A DNA stretch of 63,783 bases from assembly GCF_030144855.1 (NCBI RefSeq), contig NW_026781500.1, positions 124,001-187,783 of the forward strand, written 5' to 3'. The notes below the pieces were generated by a model that did no database searches, was not told the origin of the DNA, and saw only the letters and a list, made by a program, of their open reading frames with translations. Positions 37,651 through 51,545 of the stretch are shown here, piece by piece; position 1 is the stretch's first letter; each line of letters starts with the position of its first letter. The DNA comes from Hypanus sabinus. Its lineage: Eukaryota. Made by a program: the position numbers and the translations under genes.

Positions 37651-39539
37651 CGCTGAGTACGTCTCCCGCTCAAGCGCCAACCGCCTCCTCAGAGCGGAGA
37701 AAACCTCAAAGTAAAAGTCCGCTTTCTGATTTATTTCCATTTCCCTCCGAGGGCAGTTGGGGCGTTTGTGAAGCGTCTCCTGCGGCCGGAGTCTGATGTA
37801 TCGCTGAGAGGTAGGAGGAGACCGCTCGGCCCGTCGGTTCGATGCCGGTTCCCCGGGGAGGGAGGGATTTTATTGAAAGGATGAAGATGGTGTGAGAGGG
37901 GGCGGACAGGATGTTTGTCCCGGTGGGGACAGGAGGGGCTCATCTGTGGAAATATCTGAGCCCACGGTGGTGTCGAGCAGAGGGATTCACCACATGGGGG
38001 GCAAACACCGGCAGACTGTTGCCCTGCAAGCGGGGCCAATGGTCCGGGCAAAGTGACAATTATTTGGGCTTTGTTGAGATTGTACCTGGAATATGGTGTA
38101 AAATCCCGCTCCCCACACTAACACGGGTTTACAGACCAAAGAACAAACTGCCGGAGGAACTCAGTGGGTCGGACACCATCTGTGGAGGGAAATGGACCGT
38201 CAACATTTCGGGCCGAGACCCTCCCTCTGGACCGAGAGTGGACGGGAAATAGTCAGAGAAAAGAGGTGAGGGGTGGGGATGCGGCAAGAGCCGGGGAGTG
38301 AGAGGTGGATCCAGGTGAGGGGGGAGGTGGGAAGGTGGAAATAGTGACAGGGGTGGGAGGTGAGTGGTTGGGGCAACACGGGGCTGAAGAATATGGAAAT
38401 TCCATAGAGGATTAACAAAGAGGTTAGAGAGTATTTGTTATAGAGAGTGCAATGAAGATTCACCTGAATGATCCCTGGTGTGGTGGGGTCATCATATGAA
38501 GAAAGATCAAATGTGATAACCCTTTCATTTAGAGTATCGAGGACTGAGAGGTGAACATTGACATGCACAACTTCATTACCGGTTGAACTAGGGATCCCAG
38601 TCTCTGAAACAGGGGGTGAACTGCCCGGGACTGAGATGAGGGGAATTGTTTCCACTCTGAGGGTGGTGAATGTCTGTAAATCCCCACCACAGGGGGCGAT
38701 TATTCTACCTAGAGATTCTACATCTTCCAACCCTTTACAACCTCGTTATAATGAGTTTATTTAATATTTTACCAAAAGAGCCACACAGCCCTACTACCGG
38801 CTCGTTATTTCAAGAAACATATAAGTATCTGGGAAACGAGAGGACCTGCAGATGCCAGAAATGGAGAGAACGACACATAAAGTGCTGGAGGAGCTCAGCA
38901 TGTCAAGCAGCATCTATGGATGGGAATCAACATTCCTGGCCAAGACTCTTCTTTATGACTCGATACCCACGTATCTGGAATATCAACAAGCAAAGACAAT
39001 AGAAAGTAGTGTGAAATCCATAAAACCTTTGACAAAATTTAGTTCATGGCTTCAAAAAAACCTGCCAAACAGAGCTCAATAGGAAACAAATACAACAAAG
39101 GCAATAAACACTTGCATCAATACCGAGATTGACTTTTTTAATGAAAATATCTTGGTCCCATTTCAATCAGTAAAATTTACAAAGACAAATAAGAACTGAA
39201 GAGACTTTAGAAAAGTCTATTTACACGAAGTCCCACTTAGATTAACGACTATCTTGGACACAAGGAGGAACAGGAATAACACACATGAAAAAAAAATCAC
39301 ACAACAGTCAGATAAAACCTAAATATATATTTTCATCAAAAATAAACAGGATTCAGCACTCCATGTGTGTATATGCAATCGTGATAAGAAATACAGACCA
39401 GAAAACTTAAATGAGAGGCCAACTCAGAACAATAAGTCATCACTCTGGAAGAAAACATTAACCAGTGGAATGAGTATGACCCTCCATGGGAGACATCCCA
39501 ACGATCTGAGCAGACTAGATGGTGTGAAGGAAGCATCGA

Positions 39540-40005
39540 GCACCTGACTGAGAGTTGGAGATCCCTTCCCAGAATCAGCGGGGTTCCTTGCAGAAATACA
39601 GGACAAGGTGTTTAAGAAAAAGAAAAAAATCTGAAATACATGGAATTCAAGCAAGCAAGACACTAAATGCAGAAAATGCCAAGAGACACCAGACACAATC
39701 CAACACATTCCAGGATCCTACAGCAGTTTAACTCAGTCTGATTACTTATGCAGGTACAATCAAGTGGAAAATGTCATTCACCAAAATCTTGCTTTAAAAT
39801 ACAAATGGATGAATGACCACGGTAACTTCATTAAGGCACTATAAATTCAAGCCTGATTCAGTTAAGGACATAATCTCACAATTTATATGATAATTAATAC
39901 ATTATTAGAGATAGGATCATCTCAAATAACCATTCAGATATAATATTACAGGATAAACAAGCAAGAATAACTCCCTCAATAGGTATAACCATTCTCAACA
40001 CACAC
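39540..40005 (+). mobile_element. R4/Dong-like LINE fragment in the ZNF-C downstream region
   Basis: CRKCQETPDTIQHIPGSYSSLTQSDYLCRYNQV...; paralog of 18370-18830. Confidence 0.7.
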
Positions 40006-40804
40006 ATGTGCCTCGACCAATGGGGCCTCTCACCACAGGCATTGTTCATCAGTCAGATAACAAAATTATTTTGTCTGCCAATTAACGTCCAAGTGTTGCT
40101 ACTCTGTCATTCGTTGCCATGCCCCACTGTTGATTCCTTTCTTCTCATCATACGTTCTTACCAGAACCATCGTCCAGAGTCCCAAACTCTGCCCTGTGCA
40201 GACCCGCCTCTGGTTTCTGACCCTGCTCCTTTGAACATCCTACTTATGGTTTCCCATTCCAATTTAAGTCTTTAGAGGACAGTGGTGTTTCCAACAACCC
40301 TTTAGAAGCAGCGAAAATGAGTCATAATGTGGAAATAAGTTGTGATTAAGGAGGTTAACGAACAATGTCATTCTTCATCAGCCCAGAGATTAGAACTGCA
40401 GTCATCTCGACTTTTTCAGTCTGCAGAGAATTCAAGGGAAACAACAGGGGAGGATTTAAATGGACTGATGTGGAACAGATTCACTGGCCGGGTTCAGCAG
40501 GCCTGAGTACACCAGTTGTGTTATAAATTCACTAAGCACCAAAGACAGAGTTTATAATAGAACTGGTTTATTTGTCACAGATGCAGAATATTAAACTCCA
40601 GCCCCATTAAAGGTGAATGTGCAGCAGAAGAAACACCTCCCATGCCCAGTGACCAGGGTGCAGAACTGGGTGTGGTGAGCAGCAGCAATAATTGCAGATT
40701 TCAGCAGCAATAGTCGCTCTCGAAATTGCATTCAGCAACGGTGATGGACAAATATCCAGCATGCAGCTCATTGAAACTATCTCCCCAGTTTGAACCTGGT
40801 AGTG

Positions 40805-42178
40805 TGTCACAAGTGTAACACACTGTAAGGTTTCACTGCTGAGGTAATGGCTTCCCTGCAGCAGCAATGTTTAGGTTACGACTAGAGATAACAGGGTTTT
40901 GGAGTGTGGGACTATCCAATGAGAGAAATGTTCTTTCTTGTGAGTCTGGAAGAGAGATTTTCATGGACTTTTGCTGGGGAGAGATGAGAAGACGTGAATG
41001 GAGAGACTGGGCCCTTTTTCTTTTTTTTTGTTTTCTTTACTAACCCTCTGGTCAAAGTAAGAATTATAAATCTTAATAGTTTAATCACATATTATGTACA
41101 ATTTGTTACTTCAGGTGTCACACAGACGCAAACCAATAAAACTACCAGCAACAATTAAACACACTTGGAGTCTAGTTTTGCAGTTAACAAACAAAATTTT
41201 ATTGGTAACTACTAATAATAGTGAACTTAAACCAGATAATCCAAGGGTTAGCAATGTTATGCATATATAGGTGTGAATACAGGTTTCCCCCGGTATCTAA
41301 AGCTAGAGTGTTACTATGAAACCATTTGTAAGCCGAAATGTCATGAAGTGAAGAAGCAATTACCATTAATCTAAATGGGAAAAGATTTTGGATGTTCCCA
41401 GACCCAAAGAAAACCCACCAAATCATACCAAATAGCACATAAAACCTAAAATAACACTAACCTATAGTTAGTGATAATGATAAAGTAGAAATATTGTATG
41501 TACAGTGTAGTTTCACTGAAAATCGGGAAGATAGTGAACTGAAATCGATTTGGAGAGAAAAAAAATCGGCACGTGCACGCATGCGTACACAACTGCCGCA
41601 CAAGGCTTCACGGTCACCCTAGTCTTTCTCGGGGTAAACTCACGTATAAAGCAGGCATCATCTTTATCGTAAAAGTGAAAATCCTCTTTGGTTAGCAAAA
41701 ACAGGTACTAATGTAGGTCTTTCGTAACAGTGAGCTGTCGTAAAGCGAAAAACGGGAGCCACCTGTATATAAAATCCAAAACCAAGGTGGTAAACGACAT
41801 TGTCTTACAATGATGTGGTAGATTCAATTTAGTTCACAAGATGGGGGGGAGGGGGGATAATAGACTTCTCTGTAAGAAGTCGCTTGCTTGTTCTGTGTTG
41901 GTAAAGGATCATTCTGACCTTGCTTAACCACACAGAACATAAACATTAGCTGGTCACCATAGCAACCCAGCACTTCTGCAGAAATCCAACAGCGTGTCCA
42001 AGGTCAGTCTCGGTTCTCTTTGCACTTTAAAGAGACAGTCCACAGAGAGTATGAACCCCAAGGGCAGATTACACAGGGGACACATCGCTCAGTATCCACC
42101 CAAACGAGATTCTTCAGTTTGGCCAGACTGGGGGCTATAACCCCCTCTGTTAAGCTGCCAGCACAACTGGAAGCTACA
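40805..42178 (+). mobile_element. Solo LTR in the ZNF-C 3' UTR, interrupted by a nested LTR-like element (~41116-42060)
   Basis: Both outer parts match 17129-17504; inner piece begins TGTCACAC. Confidence 0.7.
41280..41765. mobile_element. Tigger-like MITE
   Basis: TA-CAGGTTTCCCCCG ... CGGGAGCCACCTG-TA. Confidence 0.8.
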
Positions 42179-42313
42179 TAACATTAGATGACTGAGTGAA
42201 TTGCTTCCTACATTCACAGCAGATGAACGGCCTCTCCCCAGTGTGAACTCAATGATGCACACTGGTTGTTTTGGCTGAGAGAATTTCTTCCCAAAGTCCA
42301 AGCATATTGGTCT

Positions 42314-43687
42314 CTACCCAGTGTGAAGGCGCTGGTGTGCCTTTAGGATGGATGACTGAGTGAATCCCTTCCCACATTCTGAGCAAGTGAACGGCTTCTC
42401 CCCAGTGTGAACTCGCCGATGTACCAGTAAGGTGGATGACTTAGTGAATCCCTTCCCACATTCTGAGCAGGTGAAAGGCCACTCCCCAGTGTGAACTTGC
42501 TGGTGTGCCAGTAGTTGGGATGACCGAGTGAATCCCTTCCCACACTCTGAGCAAGTGAACGGCCTCTCCCCAGTGTGAACTTGCTGATGTACCTTCAGTT
42601 GGGATGACGAAGTGAAACCCTTCCCACAGACTGAGCAAGTGAACGGCCTCTCACCAGTGTGAACTCGCTGATGTATCTGCAGATGGGATGATCGAGTGAA
42701 TCCCTTCCCACAGTCTGAGCAGGTGAATGGTCTCTCACCAGTGTGAACTCGCTGATGTATCTTCAGTTGGGATAACGAAGGGAATCCCTTCCCACAGTCT
42801 GAGCAGGTGATTGGCCACTTTCCGGTATGAACTCGCTGATGTATCTTCAGATGGGATGACGAAGCAAATCCCTTCCCGCAGTCCGAGCAGGTGATTGGCC
42901 ACTCGCCGGTGTGAACTCCCTGGTGTGCCTTCAGTTGAGATAACTGAGAGTATCCTTTCCCACAGTCCGAGCAGGTGAACGGCCTCTCCCCAGTGTGAAC
43001 TCGCTGATGTACCTTCAGATGGGATGATGAAATGAATCCCTTCCCACAGTCTGAGCAGGTGAATGGCCTCTCCCCAGTGTGAACTCGCTGATGTATCTTC
43101 AGATGGGATGATGAAGTGAATCCCTTCCCACAGTCTGAGCAGGTGAACGGCCTCTCACCAGTGTGAACTCGCTGATGTATCTTCAGATGGGATGACGAAG
43201 CGAATCCTATCCCACAGTCCGAGCAGGTTATTGGCCACTCTCCAGTGTGAACTCGCTGATGTACCTTCAGTTGAGATGACTGAGCGAATCCCTTCCCACA
43301 GTTTGAGCAGGTGAATGGCCTCTCTCTGGTGTGAACTCGCTGATGTACCTGAAGTTGAGGTAACTCAGTGAATCCCTTTCCGCAGTCTGAGCAGGTGAAC
43401 GGCCACTCTCCGGTGTGAACTGACCGGTGTTTCAGTAACTTATATGATGAAATGAATCCCATCCCGCAGTCCAAGCAGGTGAATGGCCTCTCCCCAGTGT
43501 GAACTTGCTGATGTTCCTTCAGTTGAGATGTCTGAGCGAATCCCTTCCCACAGTCTGAGCAGGTGAATGGCCTCTCCCCGGTGTGAACTGACTGGTGTCT
43601 CAGTAACTTATATGTGGAAGTGAATCCTTTCCCACAGTCCGAGCAGGTGAACGGCCTCTCCCCGGTGTGAACTCGCTGGTGAGCCAT
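42314..43687 (-). CDS. ZNF-C: C2H2 zinc-finger-only protein, 16 fingers, 457 aa
   Basis: Sixteen intact fingers; ATG at 43687 (MAHQRVH); TG* stop; acceptor at 44092. Confidence 0.9.
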   Translation of the reverse strand: MAHQRVHTGERPFTCSDCGKGFTSTYKLLRHQSVHTGERPFTCSDCGKGFAQTSQLKEHQQVHTGERPFTCLDCGMGFISSYKLLKHRSVHTGEWPFTCSDCGKGFTELPQLQVHQRVHTRERPFTCSNCGKGFAQSSQLKVHQRVHTGEWPITCSDCGIGFASSSHLKIHQRVHTGERPFTCSDCGKGFTSSSHLKIHQRVHTGERPFTCSDCGKGFISSSHLKVHQRVHTGERPFTCSDCGKGYSQLSQLKAHQGVHTGEWPITCSDCGKGFASSSHLKIHQRVHTGKWPITCSDCGKGFPSLSQLKIHQRVHTGERPFTCSDCGKGFTRSSHLQIHQRVHTGERPFTCSVCGKGFTSSSQLKVHQQVHTGERPFTCSECGKGFTRSSQLLAHQQVHTGEWPFTCSECGKGFTKSSTLLVHRRVHTGEKPFTCSECGKGFTQSSILKAHQRLHTG

Positions 43688-45908
43688 TAGGACAGATGAC
43701 CGAGTCAATCCTTCTCCACAAATTCCTCAGATGACCAGCCTCTGCCCAGTGTGAACTGACTGGTGTGTCCGCAGGTGGGAAGACCAACTGAATCCCTTCT
43801 CACTCACAGAACAGGTGAATGGCCTTGCCCAGTGTGAACTTGCTGATGTACCTTCAGTTGAGATGACCGAGTGAATCCATTCCCACTGTCTGAGCAGATG
43901 AATGGGCTCCCCCCATGTAAACTAATAGGCATGTCAGTTGGTCAGATGATTGAGTGAATCCCTACCTACCGTCTGAGCAGGAAGGATGATCGAGTGAATC
44001 TCTTGCTCCACTTCTTAAATATCTGGACAGAGATAGCAAAACTAGCGTGTTGTGTTCGAGATTCCCGTAGGCAAATTCCTTGTCATTTTAACCTGTAAAA
44101 AGATTTACAAAATCCATCAATGGGTGTAGGACAACATTTCAGATGAGATTCCTTGAGTTGTCAAGGTGTGAGCTGGCATCACACTGTTTCAGTGAAGTTT
44201 AACCCAAGTTGGAGAGAGAAATCACCTTTAACTGGGCACAGTGCTGGTATCTGGAATGACCATCAATTCCCTGATGCTCTTCCTGTCTCTTTAAGAATGC
44301 CGTCTCCAATCTGTGACCTGGCTCAGTTTGACTCTCTCCGTTGGTATTGTTCCCTGTTCCCACTGAGCTGCATGGGTTCCTGGCCCCAAAGTAACTGAAA
44401 CACTCTCACACAAATAGCCTGCAATCCGTTCTATGCACCCACAACTCTCAGTGTAAATAAAGTTACCCCTGACATCCCCTCCATATCAACTTTCAAGCAC
44501 CTTGAAACTATGCTCCCTCACATTAGCCATTTCAGCCCTGGGGTAAAAACCTCTAGCTATCCACACGATCAGTGTCCCTCATCATCCTATACATCTGAAA
44601 AAGGCTCTAAACATAAACAAAGATATTATACATATCTTTGAGGATTTGTTGGGAATAGACAACGTTATGACAGTATAGATAGGGTACAGGTAAGCAGCTT
44701 TTTCCACTGAGGATGGGTGCGATGACAACCATAGATCATGGGTAAACGGGGAAGTGAAAATTTAATGGGAACATTTGGAAAAGCTCTTTACTGAAATGGT
44801 CGTGAGAGCGTGCAGTGAGATGCCAGCACAAGTGGTGAATATGAGTTCGGTTTCACCATTTAAAAGAAGTTTGGATGGGAGCCTGGATGGTAGGGGTATG
44901 GCGGGCGATGGTCCCGGTGCAGTTAGTTGCATTAGACAGTTTAAATGTTTGTTTGGCATTGAATGGATTGGGCAAATAGCCTGTTTCCGTACTGAACTTC
45001 TCCATGTTTCTGTGACAGAAGCTGGCTAAACTTGCTTGGAAGGGAAAGATAGGAGTGACAACGGAGCAACAATGGCTGGAGTTTCTGGGAGCAATTCAGG
45101 AGCTGAGTGATCGATACATCCCAAAGAAGTGGAAGCATTGTAAAGGCAGGAAGACACAACCGTGGCTGAAATGAGAAGCCAAAGCCAACATAACAGCCAA
45201 AGAGAGGGCAAACAAAAGAGCAAAAACTATTGGAAGCTTTTAGAAACCAACAGAAGACGACTAAAAATAAGTCCGATGAGCTCGGGGGTGGAATTATGAT
45301 ACTGTTGTCATTAATGAGTCTTGGTAGCACCCAACAGTCTGAGGCATTTAGAGGAACAAAATATCGGGGGCCTCAATATCTCTTGAAAACCAAGGCTCCC
45401 TGCACCAGTTACCTTTCAGCATACGAACTCTACACTCTCAAAAATGTCACTTCTGAAGGCCTCCCACTTACCAAGTACTCCTATGCCAGAAAACGGCCTA
45501 TCCCAAACCACACTTGTCAGGTCCTTTTGACACCATCGAAACTGACCTTTTATCCCCTCTGTTCCGTTCCCCTAACTAACGAATCCCCTATCACCCGTTT
45601 GACTTTCCTCTGCCAGGTAATCCCTCCATCCCCAACAGTTTCTAAAGCGGCCCACCTGGCTGTTGTGTGGGATGGCAACAAGAGTACTCTGCGATGGCTA
45701 TTTAACTTCATTCCCCTTCACGTCTCTCACCTAGTTTCCTGTCTCCTGCACCTTAGGTGTAACTCACCTCTCTTCATGTCATATCTATCACCCCCTCCAA
45801 CTGCTGGATGATCCACAATTCATCCGTTTTCAGCTCCAACTCCTCAAAGTGCAGCTGGGTGCACATCTTGTAGGTGAGGGTGTCAGGGACACTGGAGTTC
45901 TCCCCACC

Positions 45909-46340
45909 AATGTCCCCTCTAATTTGTAATCACCAGTGTGCACAGAAATCTTGTACTGTGCATTCTTTTACCCAGTGACGACATGTGCACTGCGAATTTT
46001 ATATAGAGAGGTATTCATTTTAACAGCCAGCAAATCACTGTCTGTAAGAACTGTGATCTCCTCTGGGCTCGATTCAGTTCATCTGCCCTCTCACACCATG
46101 TCACAGGCTGTAAAGGGTAATGAAGGATTTTCTCTCCAGTGCTTTTGCACTTTGTCCATAAGTGGTTTGCTTGCTAAATTATGCTTTAAAAAGTCAGATT
46201 TCCAAATAGCACTCCAATTCTTCCCTCTTGTAAACTCTCCAACAACTTTTGCATCACCACAATACACACAGGTATCACCAGTTTCTGTATTGTACATAAA
46301 TATTTCCCCTGAAGTCTCCCCCAATGACTGACGGTGTTGA
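45909..46340 (-). mobile_element. Probable hAT transposon relic
   Basis: CAATGTCCCCTCTAA-type terminus; C..C...W...FLK.N..SK motif resembling a TTF-type zinc finger. Confidence 0.4.
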
Positions 46341-46529
46341 ACTCAGTGAATGAAATCCCAATGAATATGAAGGGAAGGGCAGTAGTCTGTCTCACTGGAG
46401 TCTGGCACATTTGATGTGAAAGCTACTTGTTGCCCAGGGCAAAGGTGTTTGATATCATTATCTTCCAGAGAGAATGGTACAAAACATGTCGTCACGGGTT
46501 GAAAAGTCCAGAACAAGAGGAGGTGGAAC

Positions 46530-46662
46530 AAGCAACACACACAAAATGCTGGAGGAACTCAGCAGGCCGGGCAGCATCTACGGAAAAGAGTACTAATGCT
46601 GAGTTCCTCCGGCATTTTGTGTGTGTTGGTTGGATTTCCAGCATCTGCAGATTTTCTCCTGT
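46530..46662. mobile_element. Inverted pair of Penelope pLTR fragments (fold-back)
   Basis: CAACACACACAAAATGCTGGAGGAACTCAGCA / TGCTGAGTTCCTCCGGCATTTTGTGTGTGTTG, a ~32-bp stem. Confidence 0.85.
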
Positions 46663-46963
46663 CAGTGATCGGAGGTAGAACAAAGGCGAATTTCTCAACT
46701 GGTGATGTAAAAGATTTTGTTCCCTTTCTCCCGAGTTCCTAATCCTTGCATTCAGATAGCTGGAGCTCAGCTCTGTCTGAGAGATCCATCGGTTCCCATT
46801 CACTCATCAGCCGGGAGCTCCCCGGGGCCCGTGTACGGATCGTGAGGCTGAGAGAGAGGGAAGAGAGCAGGACTGTCCCGGGATAGCGGACTGTCATGTC
46901 CGGATTTCACAGGAATCGTTCTGAAGTCGGGTTTCAGAGAAAAACACGGAGAATCACTCTTAC

Positions 46964-47110
46964 CTCCATCCGACATTTTCAAGGCCTTCAGTGTACTATG
47001 CGCATGCGTGACACTCGGGGACGTCCTCAGCCTGACGCCTGCGCATTTCATCGGTGCCTCAACGACGGCGAAATTTTTAACTCATGGCCCTATGGGTAAT
47101 CACGGTGCCA
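46964..47110 (-). promoter_or_regulatory. CpG promoter and short exon 1 of ZNF-C
   Basis: NRF1-like TGCGCATGCG 46999-47008; donor GGAG|GTAAGA at 46964. Confidence 0.55.
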
Positions 47111-47754
47111 TTAAAGATTTGTGCAGGTACCGGTTCAAGGTCCATACCTTATTTTTTCGTGTGCATCGAAAAATCTGCAGCTGTTTTACCGCAGAAAGCG
47201 GCTCCCATAAGCAATATACTCAATATCAATGCCTATCGAATGCCAAAGTAAAATGCAGTTATAAAACACAGCAGATTCTGCAGTTGCTTGGAATACAGAG
47301 ACGCACACACACAAATACTGGAGGAACTCTGCAGTTCAAGCAGCAACTAAGTAGAGGAGTGCACAGGCTAGGCATGCTAAAAGGGCTCGGTGTAAACGTT
47401 GTCTTTTTATTCCTCTTCACCATTGCTGTCTGTTGATTTCCACCAGTATTTTGCAGAAATTAACCACCTTTTTTTTTCGATCAACCAATTTCCAAATGCT
47501 TCTAATCTTTCTTCTGTAGCCACATCCAGCTGGTCTGATTCCTCCTCCTCGTAAACTCTAGACCCCAACTCTCATTGCAGCCCCAAAGCCTGACTCAATC
47601 TGGCAACTCTTTGGTTTCTGACTCTGCACCATCGAAGATTCACTTGCTAGACAGCTGTTAGACTTTAGAGGTGTATTGTGTTACGAGACCGCAGGTTCGC
47701 TTACTGCGAGTGCGTTTTTAGTGTCTGATTGAGGTCTTTGACGTAAAACACAAA

Positions 47755-47845
47755 GGGTGAGGGGGCGGGAGAGGGAGAGGGGGAGGGGAGGGGGGAGGGA
47801 GAGAGGGAGGGGAGGGGGAACGGGGAGGGGGAGATGGGCGACGGG
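47755..47845 (+). repeat. G-run tract with G-quadruplex potential
   Basis: More than 10 GGG+ runs with short loops. Confidence 0.7.
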
Positions 47846-48619
47846 CGAGAACGTCACAACCACAGTGAGCTCATCGTCTTATTCAGCCCGGAGACAATCA
47901 TTCAGGTGTATAAGATGATAAGAGGCATTGGTCGTGTGGATAGCCAGAGGCTTTTTCCCAGTAGGAAAATGGCTAACACGAGGGGGAATAGGTTTAAGCT
48001 GCTTGGAAGTAGGTACAGAGGAGATATCAGAGCAATGTTTTTTTTTTTAAGCAAAGAGTGGTGTGTGTGTGGAATGCACTGCCAGCGACGGTGGTAGAGG
48101 CGAATACAATAGGGTCTTTTAAGAGACTCTTGGATAGGTACATGGAGCTTAGGAAAATAGATTTCTGTGATTCTATGAAATTCAAGGGAAATCTTCTATT
48201 CCACGGAGTGGTGACTAGTTGCAACCTGTCACCTCAGGGAGTGTGAGAGGGGAACGGCAGGTTTTGATATACGGATATGGAACAGAAACATGGGCAGGAA
48301 CCAGATGGGCCGAGTGGCCTTTCTAGTTGACATTGTGAGTGTGGTAGAGACAGTAAGTACCTGAAACACGGGATTTTATACAAAACTGTTTTAACTTTCA
48401 CAGCTCCACAATATTAAACACCAGTCTAGTTTAAGACTAACATCAGCAGAACAGACTCCTCCAATGCTCAGTGATCAGGGTTCAGTCCTGGGTGCGATGA
48501 GCAGCCACCAGAACTGCAGAATCTGACAGTAACAGTCCCTCATGAACCTGCAGCTGCCTTCAGTCACCGTGATGGTTAGACTTTTAACACAGAGGTAATT
48601 TGAACTTCCTCCCTGATGT

Positions 48620-51545
48620 AGGAGGGTTCAGACCGAAGATGTAGGGGAGAAGGAAAACAAAAAGATAATAAAGTTGCGTGCACCGTTAGGGATTAGCAGA
48701 GAGGAAGAGGTGGAGAGTTTCTTAAATGCATCTATTTTAATGCTACGAGCATTGTCAGATAGGTGGATGAGGTTAGAGCACGGATTGAGACATGGAAATA
48801 TGATGTTGTAGCTATTAGTGAAACATGGTTGCAAGACAGGTGTGATTGGCAACTAAATATCCCTAGATTTCGTTGTTTAAGGTGTGAAAGAATCGGAGGG
48901 GCAAGAGGGTGAGGCATTGCATTGCTTGTCCGAGAAAATATTACTGTGGTGTTTTGACAGGACAGATTAGAGGGCTCGTCTAGGGAGACTACTTGGGTGG
49001 AATTGAGGAATGGGAAAGGTGTAGTAACACTTATAGGGGTGTATTACAGACCACATAATGGGGAGCGAGAATTGGAGGAGCAAATTTGTAAGGAGATAGC
49101 AGATATTTGTAGTAAGCAGAAGGTTGTGATTGTGGCTGAACTTAATTTTCCACACATCGACAGGGAAGCCCATACTGTAAAAGGGATGGATGGTTTCGAG
49201 TTTGTAAAATGTGTGCAGGATAGGTTTTTGCAGCAATACATGGAGGTACCAACTGGAGAAGTGGCAGTGTTGGATCTCCTGCTGGGAATGAGATAGGTCA
49301 GGTGATGGAGGTATGTGTTGGGGAGCACTTCGGGTCCAGTGATCACAATACCATTAGTTTCAATATAATTATGGAGAAGGATAGGACTGGACCTAGGGTT
49401 GAGATTTTTGATTGGAGAAAGGCTAACTTTGATGAGATGCGAAAAGATTTAGGAGTGGATTGGGACAATTAGTTTATGGGAAGGATATAACAAAGAAATG
49501 GAGTTCATTTAAAGGTGAAATTTTGAGGGTACAGAATCTTTATGCTCCTATTAGGTTGAAAGGTTAGAAGTTCGAGAGAGCCATGGTTTTCAAGAGATAT
49601 TGGAAACATGGTTCGGAAAAAGAGATCTATAATAAATATAGGCAGCATGGAGCAAATGAGGTGCTCGAGGAATATAAAGAATGTAAAAAGAATCTTAAGA
49701 AAGAAATTAGAAAAGCTAAAAGAGGATATGAGGCTGCTTTGGCAAGTAAGGTGAAAATGAATCCAGAGGGTTTCTACAGTTATATTAATAGCAAAACGAT
49801 AGTGAGGGATAGAATTGGTCCCTTAGAGAATCAGCGTTGACAGCTATGGGGGAGATTTTGAAAAATGATTTTCATTGGTATTCACTAAGGAGAAGGATAT
49901 TGAATTGTGTAAGGTAAGAGAAACAAGTACGGTAGTTATGGAAACTCTGATAATTAAAGAAGAGGAAGTACAGGAGCTTTTAAGGAATATAAAAGTGGAC
50001 AAGTCTCTGGTTCCTGATAGGATATTCCCTAGAACCTTGAGGGAAGTTAGTGTAGAAATAGCAGGAGCTCTGACGGAAATATTTCAAATGTCATTAGAAA
50101 CGGGGATGGTGCCAGAAGATTGGCGAATTGCTCATGTTGTTCCATTGTTTAAAAAGGGTTCTAAGAGTAAACCTAGCAATGATGGGCCTGTAAGTTTGAC
50201 GTCAGTGGTGGGTAAATTAATGGAAAATTCTCTTAGATATGATATATAATTATCTGATTAGACAGGGTCTGATTAAGAACAGTCAACATGGATTTGTGCA
50301 TGAAAGATCATGTTTGACAAGCCGCATTGAACTTTTTGAAGTGGTTACTAGGAAAGTTGACGAGGGTAAAGCAGTGGATGTTGTCTATAGGGACTTCAGT
50401 AAGTCCTTTGACAAGATTCCACACGGAAGGAAGTTAGGAAGGTTCAATCATTAGGTATTAATATTGAAGTAGTAAAATGGATTCAACAGTGGCTGGATGG
50501 GAGATGCCAGAGAGTAGTGGTGGATAACTGTTTGTCAGGTTAGAGTGTTGTGCCTCAGTGATCAGTACTGGGTCCAGTGTTGTTTGTCATATACATTAAT
50601 GATCTGGATGATGGGGCGGTAAATTGGATTAGTAAGTAAGCAGATGATACAAAGATGGGTGGCGTTGTGGATAATGAAGTAGGTTTTCAAAGCTTGTAGA
50701 GAGATTTAAGCCAGTTAGAAGAGTGGACAAAAAGATGGCAGATGGAGGTTAATGTTGTTAAGAGTGAGGCGCTACATTTTGGTAGGTCTAATCAAAATAG
50801 GACATATATGGTAAATGGTAGGGCACTGAGGAATGCAACAGAACAGAGTGATCAAGGAATAATGGTGCATTGTTCCCTGAAGGTGGAATCTCATGTGGAT
50901 AGGGTGGTGAAGAAAGCTTTTGGTATGCTGGCCTTTACAAATCAGAGCAGTGAGTATAGGAGTTGGGATGTAATGTTAAAATTATACAAGGCATTGTTCA
51001 GGCCAAATATGGAGTATTGTGTGCAGTTCTGTTCATCGCATTATAGGAAAGATTTCAATATAATTGAGAGAATACGGAAAAGATTTACTAGAATGTTACC
51101 TGGGTTTCAACACCTAAGTTACAGAAAAAGGTTGAACAAGTTAGGTCTTTATTCTTTGGAGTATAGAAGGTTGAGGGGGGACTCAATAGAGGTATTTAAA
51201 ATTTAGATGGGGATAGATGGATTTGATGTGGATAGGCTTTTTCCATTGAGAGTAGGGGAGATTGAAACACAAGGACTTGAGTTGAGAGTTAGGGGGAAAA
51301 AGTTTAGGGGTAACACGAGTGGGAACTTCTTTACTCAGAGAGTGGTAGTTGTGTGGAGGAGCTTCTAGTAGAAGTGGTAGAAGCAGGTTCGATATTTAAA
51401 AAAAATGTACAGGTATATCGACATGAAAGAAATGGAGGGTTATGGGCTGAGTGCAGGTTGGTGGGACTAGATGAGAGTAAGCTTTCAGCATGGTCTAGAA
51501 GGACTGAGAAGGCCTGTTTCCATGCTGTAATTGTTATATGGTTAT
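48620..51545 (+). mobile_element. Near-full ORF2 CR1 LINE, degenerate
   Basis: AP endonuclease (GVYYRPH, LDLLL, SDHN), RT (KSLVPDRI.PR, QHGFV, DFSKSFDKI) and 3' tail; multiple stops and frameshifts. Confidence 0.95.
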
